Source: Paramoeba atlantica (lineage: Eukaryota; Protista; Discosea). From it: 64,000 nt of DNA. The first letter of the stretch is position 1. Every line of letters begins with the position of its first letter. Both the position numbers and the translations under genes were made by a program. Under the pieces are notes generated by a model. That model made no database searches and had not been told where the DNA came from. It saw only the letters and a program-made list of their open reading frames with translations. Below, one piece after another: positions 34,317-48,169 of this stretch. The stretch is taken from NCBI GenBank assembly GCA_977017575.1, contig CDRNVI010000042.1, forward strand, positions 1-64,000. Reading direction: 5' to 3'.

Positions 34317-35460
34317 TTGACATCTTTCGACGAACAGCCACGTCAAGAACCACAACAAGAGACAACACCGGATATTGACTCGGAAGAGGAACATTACGAA
34401 GACGAGAGCGAAGATATGTCTCTTGACAGCGATAACGAGGTCATAGCAGATCTGGCAAACAGAAGTGCTCTTTCCAAAGCACCGGATCATGTGCACAACA
34501 TGGTAGCAAAGTGGGGCAAAGGCACGGAATGTGTTATCGAGTGGGGCTTCCGACAAGACACGGTAAATTACACGTCGAAAGGCATCGTCGTAGGTAGGAC
34601 CTCACGAAAAGGAATGGTCAAAGTCAAAATCTCTTACAATCCAGCTCAAGGCAGCAAAGGTCCCAGTGGCTTTCTTTATCTTCCACACACAAACAGGATC
34701 AGAATCTGTTCGATACGAGCCACGAAACTGATCAAAGTCGAAACAATTACGCGGAATTTAGAAGAACACGCCGACAACGTGTCTAGCGATGAAAATGGTC
34801 AAAGTGATCTCGAGCCGCTGCCCACGATGGTACCCATTGATTCATCTTTTTCAATCCATGTAGTCGCCATCTTCCGAGCCATACTTCGTGGGTATCCATC
34901 GGTAGAACTTGACTCTGAGAAAACAGCTATCTGGCATAAATTTTTGAACGCACCAAGAGACTCGCTCGCTACTATTCGTCAACTTTCTCGGCAAAATCAA
35001 CGAGTCGGACACATAAACAAACAAGCGGATCCATCGGAAAACGAAACACTCAGCATAGAACAAAGGGAAGAACTTGGCGTCGACCGTCGCTCGATCAAGA
35101 ATGCTTTAACGACCGCTCGAGCTGGAAACATCGGGAAAGCCACTCGAATTCTCGACAACGTTTACAAGGTCTCCAATCTTACAGCGCATGAAAAATTACA
35201 GAAACTTCGCGATTTGCATCCCGAGGGGCCTAGTATTGAAATTCCGGAAGCTGACTTTCCACGGATCGGCGTTGTAGATAAATCAGAACTCCGCCTTGCA
35301 GTCGAAAAACTTGCGCGAGGGGCATCTCCGGGACCAAGCGGGCTTAATGAGAGCATGATGCGTTTGCTTGTTGAAGATGAAGAAGCATGCCTTTCATTAT
35401 GCCATATGATTCGCGACGTTATCAATGGCGACGTGCCTGTAAGCGTGCGGAAGCGTCTCA
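34317..35460 (+). pseudogene. N-terminal part of a CRE-like ORF (lineage C) up to the start of the RT
   Basis: KAPDH..WGKGT..W domain, DLEPLP..IDSSFS, LHPEGP, GASPGPSG; breaks at the SL junction near 35460. Confidence 0.85.
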
Positions 35461-35489
35461 CTTTCTTGTACCTTGTTTGGTCTTTGGTC

Positions 35490-36290
35490 TTTCTGTACCT
35501 TGTTGAATTTTTCTACTCCTTTCAATTTTCATGCAGCAACGAGTTCTTGTTATCCACAGTGAAACTGTGCAAACGGGTGACTCAGCCTTCACCTTCGGAA
35601 CGTGCGAAAAAAAGCAGGATGATGACGCATTGCCGAAGCAACGTTCCGCGAGTGAGCTCCGAAAGGCCGCGAAACCACACACTCGAAGTTCTGGACCTGT
35701 TGCTCTGGAAACTCTGGACGACATTGGTTTTGGGAGGCGGAAAAAGAAGCATCGTCGACCCACATGGCGCCCCTTACACGATGTTTACAAAGAAAGTGGA
35801 ACTTTCAGTTCCGACAGCGAGACGCGCGAGCATCCGCGTAAAAGTTCGAAATGTCGTGCAGCATCCGAGTACAGATCCCCGGTGACTGAAAAGACGAGTA
35901 CAGCCGCCGAGACAAGCAGCGTAAACAACGAGTTGAGTACTCCAAAGCCATCGACACATGCATCCCCCATACCATCACAAACGAAAACACCTGAAAGACA
36001 CACACCAGAAGAAAAGGTGACGCCATCGAAGTTGCCACCGAGTCGAAATGCAGGTGCAACAGAATACGGTGCCGAAGCGGACGGTGAAGCCGAAAATTCG
36101 GTTGATGAAGACGCACCACTCTTTCGAGCGTTTCCTATAGCTCCAGACCATCTCCTCAAAAAAATATCACAGTGGGGTAAAGGGACGAAATGCGTCGTTA
36201 AGTGGTCCTTTCGAAACTACGAAGACATGATTAACCACTCAATTGGTGAAGTCGTCTCACGCAAAATGCGGAAAAAAGCACTACACATTC
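35490..36290 (+). pseudogene. SL fragment (35490-35505) plus the N-terminal region of another CRE-like ORF
   Basis: TTTCTGTACCTTGTTG, ATG at 35531, low-complexity region, then PIAPDHLLKKISQWGKGTKCVVKW. Confidence 0.75.
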
Positions 36291-36959
36291 AAGTTTTTTT
36301 TTTTTATTTTAAAAACATTAAGGCGCTAATCGCAGAGTAAAGAAAACTTTACTCACCTTTATCTCACATTGGGGAACCTTGTTTTTTCGAAAACCAAGGC
36401 GTGAGGATAAAGTTTGTCCACCGATTAACATCCATAACCTTCCAAAATTATAGGGACAACCTCCAAACCCCAGGACCCCGTCCCTTTTTTTTTTTTTTTT
36501 TTTTTTTGAATTTAAAACAAGCAATCAAATTTTTTTTTTTTTTTTTTGACGACCTCACCAATTGAGTGGTTAATCATTTTTTTTTTTTTATACAATGGCA
36601 GTATACAATGTTGCTGTATACTCAAAATAATAGTTTCACGTGTTTTCCGTTCCTTTATTTATTCACATGTTACTCAAAAAAGCAAAACAGTAATAGCCGA
36701 ATGCTGAAAGCAGCGAAAAAGTGACGACTCAAAGCAGCGAAACGGTGATAACCCAAAGCAGCGAAACAGTAACAACCAAGAGCTGAAAGCTGCGGAACAA
36801 TAATCACCAAGCAGCAAAACAAAAATAACCAAAGGCTGAAACCTAACCAAGCAGCGAAACAGTAATCACCAAAGGCTGAAAGCAACGAAACATTATTATT
36901 CAAGTCAGTTACAAGCCTGCCCCGGGAACGACGGGACCGTCTGGAATACTTCACTTTCC

Positions 36960-39771
36960 TCAATCTTCTAAGATCAAGATTCTACACACCCACGCGACAG
37001 AACTCCGCCAAATTCCAAACTCTGAAGTGCAGACCATGGAAAACGTAGCAGACGAGACTGAGGACATTGACAACGGAGGGGATTTGGAACCGTTACCACC
37101 TTTCACACCAATTGACTCAACCTTTTCTGTACACGTAATCGCCATTTTTCGATCGATCATCCGAGACTATCCTCGAGCAGAGATGTCATCAGAAAAAGAG
37201 GCTATATGGCACAAACTCCTCAACGCCCCGCGCGACTCCCTCACGTCCGTTCGCAAAGCGCTTTTACGTCGTGACAGTGTACCTCACTATCCCAACAAGC
37301 CTCGAACTGAAGAAATCGAGCACCTTACCAAAGCTGAAGTGAAGGAACTTGATATTGACCGTCGGTCCATCCGAAATGCTCTTAAGGCTGCACGCGCTGG
37401 AAACCTCGGCAAGGCCACACGCGTTCTTGACAACGTTTACCTGGACTCTCAATTAAGCGCTGACGAAAAAGTTAAGAAACTGCAAGAACTACACCCTCCA
37501 GGAGATTCCCCTCCCGCCCCTTCTCACGACTACCCTCGAGTTGCTGTGATTGAGGTGAATGAAGTACGCTCGGCCGTGAACAAACTCTCACATGGAGCAG
37601 CCCCTGGACCAACAGGTTTAAGTGAAAACATTATCCGTCTCCTAATCGATGACGTCGAATCCTGCACTGCACTTTGCCACATGTTCCGAGATGTAATCAA
37701 TGGGGAAATAAGCCAATCCGTCCGTAATAGGTTAACACGTTGCCGGATTATTGCCCTACCGAAACCTCAAAATGGAATCAGACCGATTGCGATGGGCGAC
37801 ACGATCCTGAAAGTATGCGGCTCTATTCTACTGCAAAGACACGAAGACACTTTGAAAAACTTCTTTTCTCCCTACCAAAGCGGTATTTTACAGAAGAACG
37901 CATGCGAAAGCCTTGTACATGAACTTCTTCACGACTACGATGACGGACATACGATTTTGACAGTGGATTACTCCAACGCGTATAACACGCCGCAAAGAGC
38001 AGCTATAGCTCGCGCGTTGAACGAAAACAACATTTTCAGACCTTTCATGAGGCTTTTCTACCTTGAATATGGCGACCCTTCGGACTTGCTTTTCTTTGCA
38101 AACAACGATCTCCACGCCGTTATTAAGAGCACATCCGGAGTTCGACAGGGGTCCGCTCTCTCCTCTCTATATTTTTGTACCCTACTGCACACTGCGCTTG
38201 TTGAAGTCGCCACGCTTTTTCCTGATGTGAAAATCCGAGCATACATGGATGATGTGACGCTGTCCTCGAAGAACCGAGAATGTCTAGAGGCCGCTTTCCT
38301 ACACCTCCGAGAGCTTTCCTCCGATTTAGCGCTTGAGGTTAATTTTACAAAGTCAGAGTGGTTTAGCAAAGACACTAACAACGCGACGAACAAGCCCCCG
38401 TCCACTATTAGTTCTTTAGGAGTATTCCAGCGTGACGAAGCTATTAAGATCCTGGGTGCTTACATCGGAGATCACAAGAAAGTAAGTGAGCTCCTCGTTG
38501 GTAAGCTTGAGAAGCACAAATGTTTGTTCCGACGGCTACGGAAAATGGGACCCAGTAATATCTCGTTGGCCATACTACAGCGATGCGCGCTTCCCCGTAA
38601 TGACTATCATTTACGAGTACACCGCCCGAAAGACTCACTGCAAATGGCACAGCGGTTTGATAAAGAGATCAACGATATAGTTTCACATTGGTTTTTCGCC
38701 GACAAAACTTCGATGCAACTCGCCTCCCTTCCACAGTACCTAGGAGGACTCGGTTTAACTCCCTCCGTTTTGAAACATCGCTACTTCTTCGACACTGCCT
38801 CCAAATCTATTGATGAGCAAATTCAAACCACAAAAGCTCCGGTAGACGCGCGCAAGTCGAAGACTTCCACTCAGGAACGGCACGTCGCACTCCCTTTACT
38901 CAAGCAGCAAAAGGCCCGAAAACAAGCGTTGAAGTCCATAAAATTTGAGCAAAAGAAACTGTCAGAAGAGATTCGCAAAGATCCGCGACTCGACTCCATA
39001 TTAAAACGGACAACATCATCCTTTAGTCATCTACAGTCTTCTTCTGGTTACATTAATCCGTACCTCTTTCGATACGTAATTATGACTAGACTTGGGATCA
39101 AGCCTCCAACCTTAAATGACAAGATCGATTGCCCTGGATGTGCCGCCGAGGTTAGCTCTGCTCACATATTCCAACACATTGTCGGCTGTACTAAATGTAA
39201 CGGAATGAACGCAACCAAGAAACACTCATATCTCGTCAGGTTCCTTGCGTCCCTCTGCTCGAAAGCTGGTGTCCCCTGTGTAGTAGAACCGCGCTCACAT
39301 TCTTCCTTCTACTGTACCAAATGTAAAGCTCACGTTTCCGAGGGAGAGATAGAAAAACATCCCTGCCGTGCCCGCAGAATCAGATCAGGCCCCGATCTAG
39401 GAATCATGTGGCCTCACATAGGTGAAGTGCTGTATGACATTACAGTCGTCCACACCGGAAGCCCAAGTTACCTAAAAATGACAGAAGCACAACTGCTGCA
39501 AAATGCTATTGAAAGGAAAAAGAAAAAGTATGTTTACTCTGGCGGAATAGAAGATGATTATTTTAAATGCATTCCAATGACTGAGAGTGGTTTTCTTCAT
39601 GAACATACACGAAAATTAATTACAGCTTTAGCGAAGAGAGCAAATCTGAATGTGAAAGAAGTAGTAGAGGCTTTTCAACTAGAGATTGAAAAGCTGAATG
39701 CGTACACGATTGTCACGCAATTACGCGACAGCCTACCAAAGGCCGCATGGCTAGGTTCTATCAATTCGTAG
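36960..39771 (+). CDS. CRE-like RT-RLE ORF (lineage C), N-terminus missing
   Basis: ORF 37027-39771, 914 aa; GVRQGSALSS, YMDD, CPGC..H..GC, RSGPDL, YDIT. Confidence 0.9.
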
Positions 39772-40044
39772 ACCTACACAGCTGAAAGTTTTGATTGATT
39801 GATTGATGTAAACTTGAAAGAGTAATTTTGGTTCCCTCATAGTCAGATGACGAAGTAAAAAAAAATGTATTTTGCTCGTTTTATGACCAACCTGCCTACT
39901 ACTACTACTACTACTTGACTTCCGACTACAAATTTGGCGCTACACCGTGATTAATAATGTTTCGTTGCTTTCAGCCTTTGGTGATATGATTTACTATGTG
40001 TCCGGGCATTTTTATACAGGTTTTATTTTGTGTGACGTGTGTGC

Positions 40045-42065
40045 GGGCAGGTCTCACTCGTTGCCGAATTATTGCTCTTCCGAAGCCACAAAACGGTATA
40101 CGGCCAGTCGCCATGGGGGAGACGATCCTAAAAATCTGCGGATCCATTTTACTCGAGCGACATGAATGTGCACTACGAAAATACTTTTCGCCTATGCAGC
40201 GGGGTGTTCTCCACAAGAGCGCATGTGAATCAATAGTGCATGAGCTACTACAAGAATACGAGGATGGATGCGCATTGATTACGGTAGATTTCACGAACGC
40301 ATACAACACTCCACGACGCGACGCCATAACACAAGCACTACTAGAGAATCCTGTGTTCAAACCTTTTATGCGACTGTTTTACCTTGAATACGGCCTCTCA
40401 TCCGAACTTTTGTTTTTCGCACACAACGCTCTTTTCGCGACCATCGAAAGTTCGTCAGGAATTCGACAAGGCTCATCATTATCCTCCATGTACTTCTGTG
40501 CACTTTTACACGGTCCCATTCGCGAGATCGCAAGCTTATACCCCGACGTCAAAATACGAGCATATCAAGACGATGTGACTCTCAGCTCTACAAACGTACC
40601 GTCACTCGAAGCTGCGTTCCTGCACTTACGTGAAATCACAGGCGAGCTCAATCTACGCGTCAACTTTCAGAAATGCGAATTTTTCCAGAAAAATACCACA
40701 TACGAACCGTTCTCTTTGCATAATCTAGGCGTCAAGCTTTGCACTGATTCGATCAAGATTCTGGGAGCCTATATCGGGAAAGATAATGTGGTAGAGGATC
40801 TTCTCCTGCGCAAACTCAGTAAGCATAAATGCCTTTTCCGCCGTTTACTTCTCATGGGCCCCAGTAACCTTTCTCTCGCGATTCTTCGCCGATGTACAAT
40901 TCCACGTCAAGACTATCATCTGAGAGTTCACCGCCCGGAGGCCACTCGGCGTCTGGCACATTCTTTTGAAAGCCACGTACACGAAGTCTTGCAGAAATGG
41001 TGCGGCGCGGACGCCCAGGCACTTAAGCTCGCAGCTCTCCCGCAAAAATTAGGTGGATTAGGACTGACTTCTTGCACTCTGAAACAGCAGCACTACTTCG
41101 CAGCAGCCCGAGAATCTATTGAAGAGCACTTGGAACCCAATAAAGCTCCGGTAGATTCGCAAGGCAATGACAAGAGCAAAGCTAAAATTCAGAGCCGCGC
41201 AGAAAAGGCCCGCAAATCGCTTAAGAAGATCATGAGTCAAGCTCACGAAAAACAATTGACAGAAATACAGAAAGACTCCACCGCAGCGAACATCATAAAA
41301 CGCACTAAAGAGGCTAATATCCACCTCGAAAACACCAGCAACTACGTTAACCCATACCTATTCCGATATACGCTCATGATGCGCTTAGGAATTGGCTTGC
41401 CTAAGGCACCGGCCAAAGTAACATGCCCCGGCTGTTCTAATCAAGAATCACCCTCCACCATTATTCCCCACGTTGCTGGATGCTCCCGATGCTCCGGGAT
41501 GAACTCCACACGCAAACATTCACATATCGTCCGGTATCTCTCAGAGTTGTGCTCAAAAGCAGGCCTTCCTAGCGTGATCGAACCCCGCATCTACTCCTCG
41601 TATCATTGCACTAAATGTAAGTGCACTATCTCAGCAGATGTCGCCGCGCAACATCCTTGCAAAGCACGCCGTATTCGTTCAGGTCCAGATCTGGCCATCA
41701 TGTGGCCTCACATGGGTGAGGTACTCTACGACTTCACAATAGTACATACGTGCTGCTCAAGCTACGCAAAACACACCAGCTCTGCCCTTATGCAGCAGGT
41801 CTCCGACAGAAAATATAAGAAATACGTTACTGAGAAGGGTGTCGATAGCGATTCGTTTAAGTGTCTGGCTGCAACAGATTGCGGCCTTCTACATGACGAT
41901 ACTAAGGCTTTGCTGAAGGCTCTCTCACAAAGAGCGAAACTTAAATATGAAAGCGTGCGCAATGCTTTCCAGCTCGAAATCGAAAAAATGTCAGCGTACA
42001 CGGTAGTGTCGCAGCTCCGAGACTACATTCCAGCAGAGAAGTGGATGAGTGAATTGCGCCTATAA
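40045..42065 (+). pseudogene. 5'-truncated CRE-like RT-RLE ORF (lineage C)
   Basis: LTRCRIIALPKPQNGIRP, GIRQGSSLSS, YQDD, CPGC, RSGPDL. Confidence 0.9.
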
Positions 42066-42584
42066 GATATATTTAAAGTCTCTTTAAAGTAAAATTTGTA
42101 ATCTAAATTTACGGGTATTTGAGAAAACCCAAATTCTTAACATATGACGGCAGCTCGTACACGTTCGACTATATGAAGATATTGTTATATAAAACCGAAA
42201 GACCATAACATTCCCTTTTCAATAGTAGCCTGAGATCACCAACTCAGGGAAATTCTAATAGAATAAAAAAAAAAAAATACCTTCAATTTACGTTAGATTA
42301 TTGAGGAGTTGGTGGAAAATTTGATTTCTGAGAATTATATTTACGTAATCTCAATCAATTGAATTTTTAAATTAAAAAAAAAAAAAAAAAAAAAAATAAT
42401 CCTATACTCAAATCATATACCCCCCCCCAATGGACCTACTTGGTTCGTCTACTGAGTAAAAATATAGAGGCAATGCCGCGTTTTATACTTCTCCCCCCCT
42501 ATTTATTGCAAAAAAAAAAAAAAAAAAAAACAGCCTTACCAGGCCAGCGGACGTATTTCTTTCCACATTCGACGTAGGCCAGTC

Positions 42585-42981
42585 TCTCGTATTAGACTTC
42601 GCTGTCACTCACGTCCAGCAGCCAAAGTATACGGACTTAGTCCGTGACGCTAACTGGGTGGCAGCGGGGTCTTTCGCGGAGCGCTACGCGACGGAAAACA
42701 AAAAGAAACAAAGAGAGGAAGCAGAAGCCGCACGCCACAGGTTTGGTGCTATGGTGGTGGAGACCTACGGGGCATGGAGTCCCAGTGCCTTCGCCATTCT
42801 CAAGGAGGTAGCTGCTTCACGGTCAGCGTACTCCGGGGGACTCTCGAAGGGTGAAGCCCTTCATCAACTGGTGACAACGCTGAACGTCGCCCTCATGAGG
42901 ACACAAGCTCGTATGCTTGTACTGCGCCTCCCCGCAGCCTCCCCCGATATCTGTGTTAATGGGTACGGGAACGAAGAGTAG
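42585..42981 (+). pseudogene. C-terminal fragment of CRE lineage A
   Basis: LDFAVTHVQQPKY...SFAERYATENK...AMVVETYGAWS. Confidence 0.85.
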
Positions 42982-44164
42982 TCTTCGTGGAACCCGCGGC
43001 TTTTCTTGGGAGTTTTCTTGGGAGGGGGGCCCTTTTCTATGATGGGGGGATGTGGCCAGCGTCCGGATTCCCTGCAGATTTTAAGGTACGGGGTTGGCGT
43101 TTTGAAGGGAGGTAGGGGTTTGCTAGTTTTTGGTTTGCTAGTTTCGGGATTAAGACTTTTGGATACGTAATTGGACAGTTGTAATAAATGCAAAACACAT
43201 TGCTATCGTCATCTATTGCTATCAAAAAAAAAAAAGTCCAAAAAAACCAAAAAAAATTAGAAAAAAAAAAAAAAAACAGCCTTCGATTAGAACAGCTTCG
43301 AAAAGAAACAGCCTTCAAACCTTTAAAAAAAAAAAAAAAGTGGGGGGAAGTGAGGGAAAGAGGAGGGCAAAGTTTGGAAGGCGCGGATGGATGCTCGGGG
43401 GGGGGGGAAGTGAGGGAAAGAAGCGGGTGAAGTCGGGAAGTCGCGGATGGTTTCTTTGGGGGGTGGAGATAAGGGAGAGAAGCGGGCGAAGTTGATAAGG
43501 GCGAAGTAAAGTAAGTAGGAAAGTAAGTAAGAAAGTGATACCGTACATTCAAAAAAAAAAAGAAAAAAAAGGGGTTCACAAGTCAGGCCGAGGAGTGGTC
43601 GAAAGACCCGGTCCGGAACGCGCGAATGAATTGGGCATAAATTGCTTCTTTTTATTATTATTGTTATCAAAATCATAAATAACTTAAGGCAGGTTGAATT
43701 ACTAGTTTTGGGCTACAACATGTGAAATTGCTAATTTGATTGCAAAAAAAAAAAAAAATGTAGCAGTGAATATCGAGAAGCACGGGCACGGTGAGCGATA
43801 CGGAATTTCCTTATGATTTATTTTGGCGGAGTAGGCACCGCTGAAATACATCAACGTGCGATTGGGTTGTAAATGGAAGTAGGACGAGCGAATGGGTGGT
43901 CCCCGCGTCACCCGTTCGCAAGCTGGGAGAGGACAGAAGTGTTGTGGGATTATTTAATTTTGTTATGTTATGACCGGTCATACAGTATTCATATGAATTT
44001 TGAATGTGCATAGAATTGAACGTATTAAATATCAGATAGAAGAGGGGTATGAAGATATTGTTTTGCTTAGTGCTTTCTTTCTTTCTTATAATATTTATGA
44101 TGCACAATTCTTTTCATTACAAGGGAATTAAAAAAAAATTCATAGTAAAAAAAAAAAAAAAAAA

Positions 44165-46394
44165 TCTTCCGGAAGCAGCCCCAATAATCGCTGGTATCTC
44201 GGTGGAGGAGCTGAGGGCAGCTGGGCGACGGCTCAGCAAAGGCGTGAGCCCAGGTCCCACGGGAACGACGGATAGCGTTCTTCGACTTCTTCTCGACGAT
44301 GAAGTGTGTTGCTTGAACCTTTGCCACATGATCGCCGACTTAATAAACGGTTTTGTATCTCGTGAAGTACTACAACGCCTAAACAGGGCCCGACTAATTG
44401 CCATACCAAAAGCGGACGGGGGAGTTCGTCCAGTTGCGATGGGCGAAGTGTTTGGAAAGCTAGCCGGCATAGTCTTGTTCCAAAGGTACGAAAACGCGCT
44501 TGAGCCGCTATTCGCCCCTATGCAACAAGGTATTATGGCAAAGGCAGGTTGCGAAAAAATTGTCCACACGCTGCATGAACGATACTGCGAAGGTCAGTCG
44601 ATCCTCTCGGTTGATCTAAAAAATGCTTTCAACTCACCGTCACGGGCCGACATCGCGAAACATGTATTTGGACTCTCAACTCTTCAGCCCTTTCAACGTT
44701 TCTTCCTAGCCGAGTATGCTGAAGCCTCTGAATTGCTGTTTTATGGAAGTGAGGGCACGCTCGCAGGAAAAGTTCTTAGCGAAGCCGGAGTACGACAAGG
44801 TTCGCCACTTTCGACGCTGTATTTTTGTGCATATCTCCAACCGATCCTCGAAACCCTGGCAGCTGAACATCCAGAGATCGAAATCCATGCATACATAGAC
44901 GACATCAATCTCACGTCACATACGCCTTCCGAGATAGCAAAAGCGTTTGAACGCCTGAAAGCATTACTGGCAGAGAGCAGCATTGAGCTCTCCGCTCAGA
45001 AATGTGTATGGTTCGGCGGACTGCAAGGTACAGAGATGCCAACAAGCTTGAAGGAAGTGGGGGTCCGGAATGAAGAAGATGCGACCAAAATTCTTGGAGC
45101 GTTTATAGGGAAGGAGGAAACGATAAGTGAGAAGTTACTACAGCGAGTCGACAAACACAAGGACATATTCAGACGACTGAAATCGATGGGCATGAGCAAC
45201 GCATCGCTTATAATCCTGTCGAAGTGTGTCAATGTACGACAGCAATTTCACATGAGAGTGCACAGCCCAGCGGCCACCGAAAAATGCGCACAGCTCTTCG
45301 ACCATCAAGTGGAAGAAGTCCTAGAAACCTGGTTGGGTAAATTGCAAAAACAACAGATGGACGTCGCACGTCTACCAATTAAGAAGGGAGGGTTGGGTCT
45401 CACATCATGCTACCACACGCGAGAAGCAGCATACAATGCGTCCAGACACGCGGCTCTGAAGCAAAGAAAATCCTTTTCAGCTCGAGCCACGTCAACGGAA
45501 GCCAGGTGCACCGACAGCGTAAATTCAGTTCAGAAAAATACGTCACCCCCCCCTACAGACGAACTCGCCACAGCTGCGAAACTCCACGAACATGCCTGGA
45601 ACAAACTCTTTAACGATCCAGAAATAGCACCAATCCTGAGGGCCACTACCACCAAAGGGAGTTACGACTGGCTTATGTCACATACGAGATATATTCCACC
45701 CCACGTTTTTGAATTAGCCATAATGCCGAGATTGGGGATAGAACATCCGCGCCTGCCGAAAAGCTTGCTATGCCCAGGATGCCGTTCCATACTCGACAAC
45801 AGATCAGCTCTCACTCACATCAGTGGATGTGCGCAATGCTCTGGTATCAATGCCTCCGTGAAGCACAACATGCTGGTGAAATTCTTGCACGACCTTTGCA
45901 TGCGCGCAGGGATACCATGTGAGAGTGAACCTCGAGCATTCAGTAACTGGACGTGCACTACGTGTAGAAATGTGGTAAGCCGAGAAAGCCAACCTACGCA
46001 CAGCAAAATATGTACAGGACGGCACCTTCATCGATCTGGGCCAGACCTTGTGATATACTGGGACATAGGAGCTATATTTTATGATCTTACCGTCGCGCAC
46101 GAGATGACACCTTCCCACATAAATAAGAAAAGCTCTCAATTGATCCGTGACGTCATTCATCGCAAAATGGAAACTTACGTCGCAACGGGAATGATCGCCC
46201 AAGAATCGTTCCAATGCATTCCGATTCTGTCCTCCGGATCACTACACGCGAACACACGCAATCTGATCAGAGCCTTGGCAGACGCTTGTCTTCTGAACGC
46301 CCGCGAGACGGAACTCTCGTTCAAGCTACTGTTGCAAAACTTCAACGGCCTCGTGGTATACTCCCAACTTCGGGAGCACCTCGAAGACAAGTAA
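44165..46394 (+). pseudogene. 5'-truncated CRE-like RT-RLE ORF (lineage B)
   Basis: Starts after an A-tract; GVRQGSPLS, YIDD, CPGC..H..GC, RSGPDL. Confidence 0.9.
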
Positions 46395-46599
46395 TAGATT
46401 TTAGAAATATTCTATAATGGTGAAATAGCTGAGAGATAATATCCGTTGACATCTAAATATTATATATTTTCTATTTTATACGGAGATAGTTTCTCTTCGA
46501 AAATTGAGAGAAGGGGGGAAGGAGCACATTTCTCATTTTCCTACGTGGCTTCCTGCTGTAGGGAGCTTATAGGATTTCACAGGAGAAATGCCTCCGAGA

Positions 46600-47830
46600 A
46601 TGCCAAAGCTTAAGAAGCATGAAGCAATTTTTCGACGTCTAAAGCTCATGGGGTTGAACAACATATCGCTGCTCTTACTCTCGAAAAGCGTAAACATCCG
46701 ACACAGATACCACACTCGGGTACACACGCCAGCTGCTTCCGAAAAGCTATGTAAACAATTCGATAAGGAGGTTGAAGAGGTAATGCGCACATGGCTCGGT
46801 AAAATGTCCGACAAACACATCTCCTGGTGTCGACTTCAAGAAAGGTGGACTCGGTCTACCATCATCGGCCGAAACTCGCAATGCTGCTTACAATTCTTCG
46901 AAACGCGTTTCTCTAGAGCGCTGTAAAATCAACTCAGCTCGGTTAACGCATGACGAAGAGATGATGCGGGAAAGCGAAGTAGTAAGTGATGATGGTGCCG
47001 TGACAGATGCAATGTTAAATCAGAAGGTATATCAGGAACTCACTAAGAAAAATGAGGAGGTAGCACCGTTGGTAAAAGCGTGCAGCGAGAAGGGGAACCA
47101 CGACTGGCTACAAGGCAGAACGAGATGCATCCCATCCTCCCAATTCACACTGGTGGTAATGGCGCGACTCGGAATCGCGCACAGAAGCATGCCGAATAAT
47201 TTTCTGTGCCCTGGATGCAAGATGATCCTTGAGTCTAAACACTCTCTGGCACATTTACTTGGCTGTGTAAAATGCACGGGGGCAAATGCAACGACAAGGC
47301 ACAATGCACTAGTTCGGCACATATACGATCTATGTCTGCGAGCCGGGATCCCATGCGAGCGTGAACCGCGACAATTCACATCATACCGATGCCTTAAATG
47401 TACCGAAGCGGTGAGCGAACAGCGAAAACAGGAGCATCAGAAAACATGTGGAACCACATCCTTCCATCGAAGCGGCCCGGACCTCGTGATCTTTTGGGTG
47501 TCGGGTGAAATATTTTATGATTTCACGGTAACAAAAGAACTATCGAAATCAAACATCCACAAACGGGGAGCCCAACTGATGCAGGAAGCAGAAAAAAGGA
47601 AGCTGGACACTTATGTAAACTCCGATCTAATTCCTCGGGAAAAATTTGTATGCCTATCAGTGCTTGCCGGAGGAGCCATGAACAAAAGCAGTGTCGCCCT
47701 TCTGAAGGCATTAGCTGATGCAAACGGACGTGATCGTGAAACCGTAGTGCGAGATTTTGGAATGCATCTACAAGAATTAAACGGTGTCATTCTGAACGCT
47801 CAAATGGGCAAAGCGTTGTCGCAAGTTTAA
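46600..47830 (+). pseudogene. 3' part of a CRE lineage B ORF with frameshifts
   Basis: KKHEAIFRRLKLMG...; 46961-47830 has CPGC, CEREP and RSGPDL. Confidence 0.88.
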
Positions 47831-48169
47831 AATTTAATATTTAGTTTTCAATAGCCAGCTTACAAAGACGCGTAAGCTTAGTTAGTTACTATCCCCCTGA
47901 CAAGGGGGGGTAGCGCCAATACGAAACGGAAGAAAACAGAATATGATGACATACCAAATATGGTGTATGGAAACCAGGTTAGCGTATTTATTTATTTGTC
48001 TATTTATCTATTTATTTGTAAGTCCTGTTCTAGTTATTTTTGGAGGTAGTTTCTCTCACGAGAGAAGGGGGGAAGGTGATTTTTCGCCCGTGGCTTCCTG
48101 TCATAGGATTTCACAGGAGAAATGCCTCCAAGATATACTATTCGTTATTTTACTTTGATTACTTTTAAA

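Noticed and set aside
34051-36418. 110-bp inverted repeat (34051-34160 and 36309-36418) as DNA-transposon TIRs
   Set aside because: No transposase or TSD; both arms sit among A/T tracts in CRE 3' UTR-like sequence in opposite orientations.
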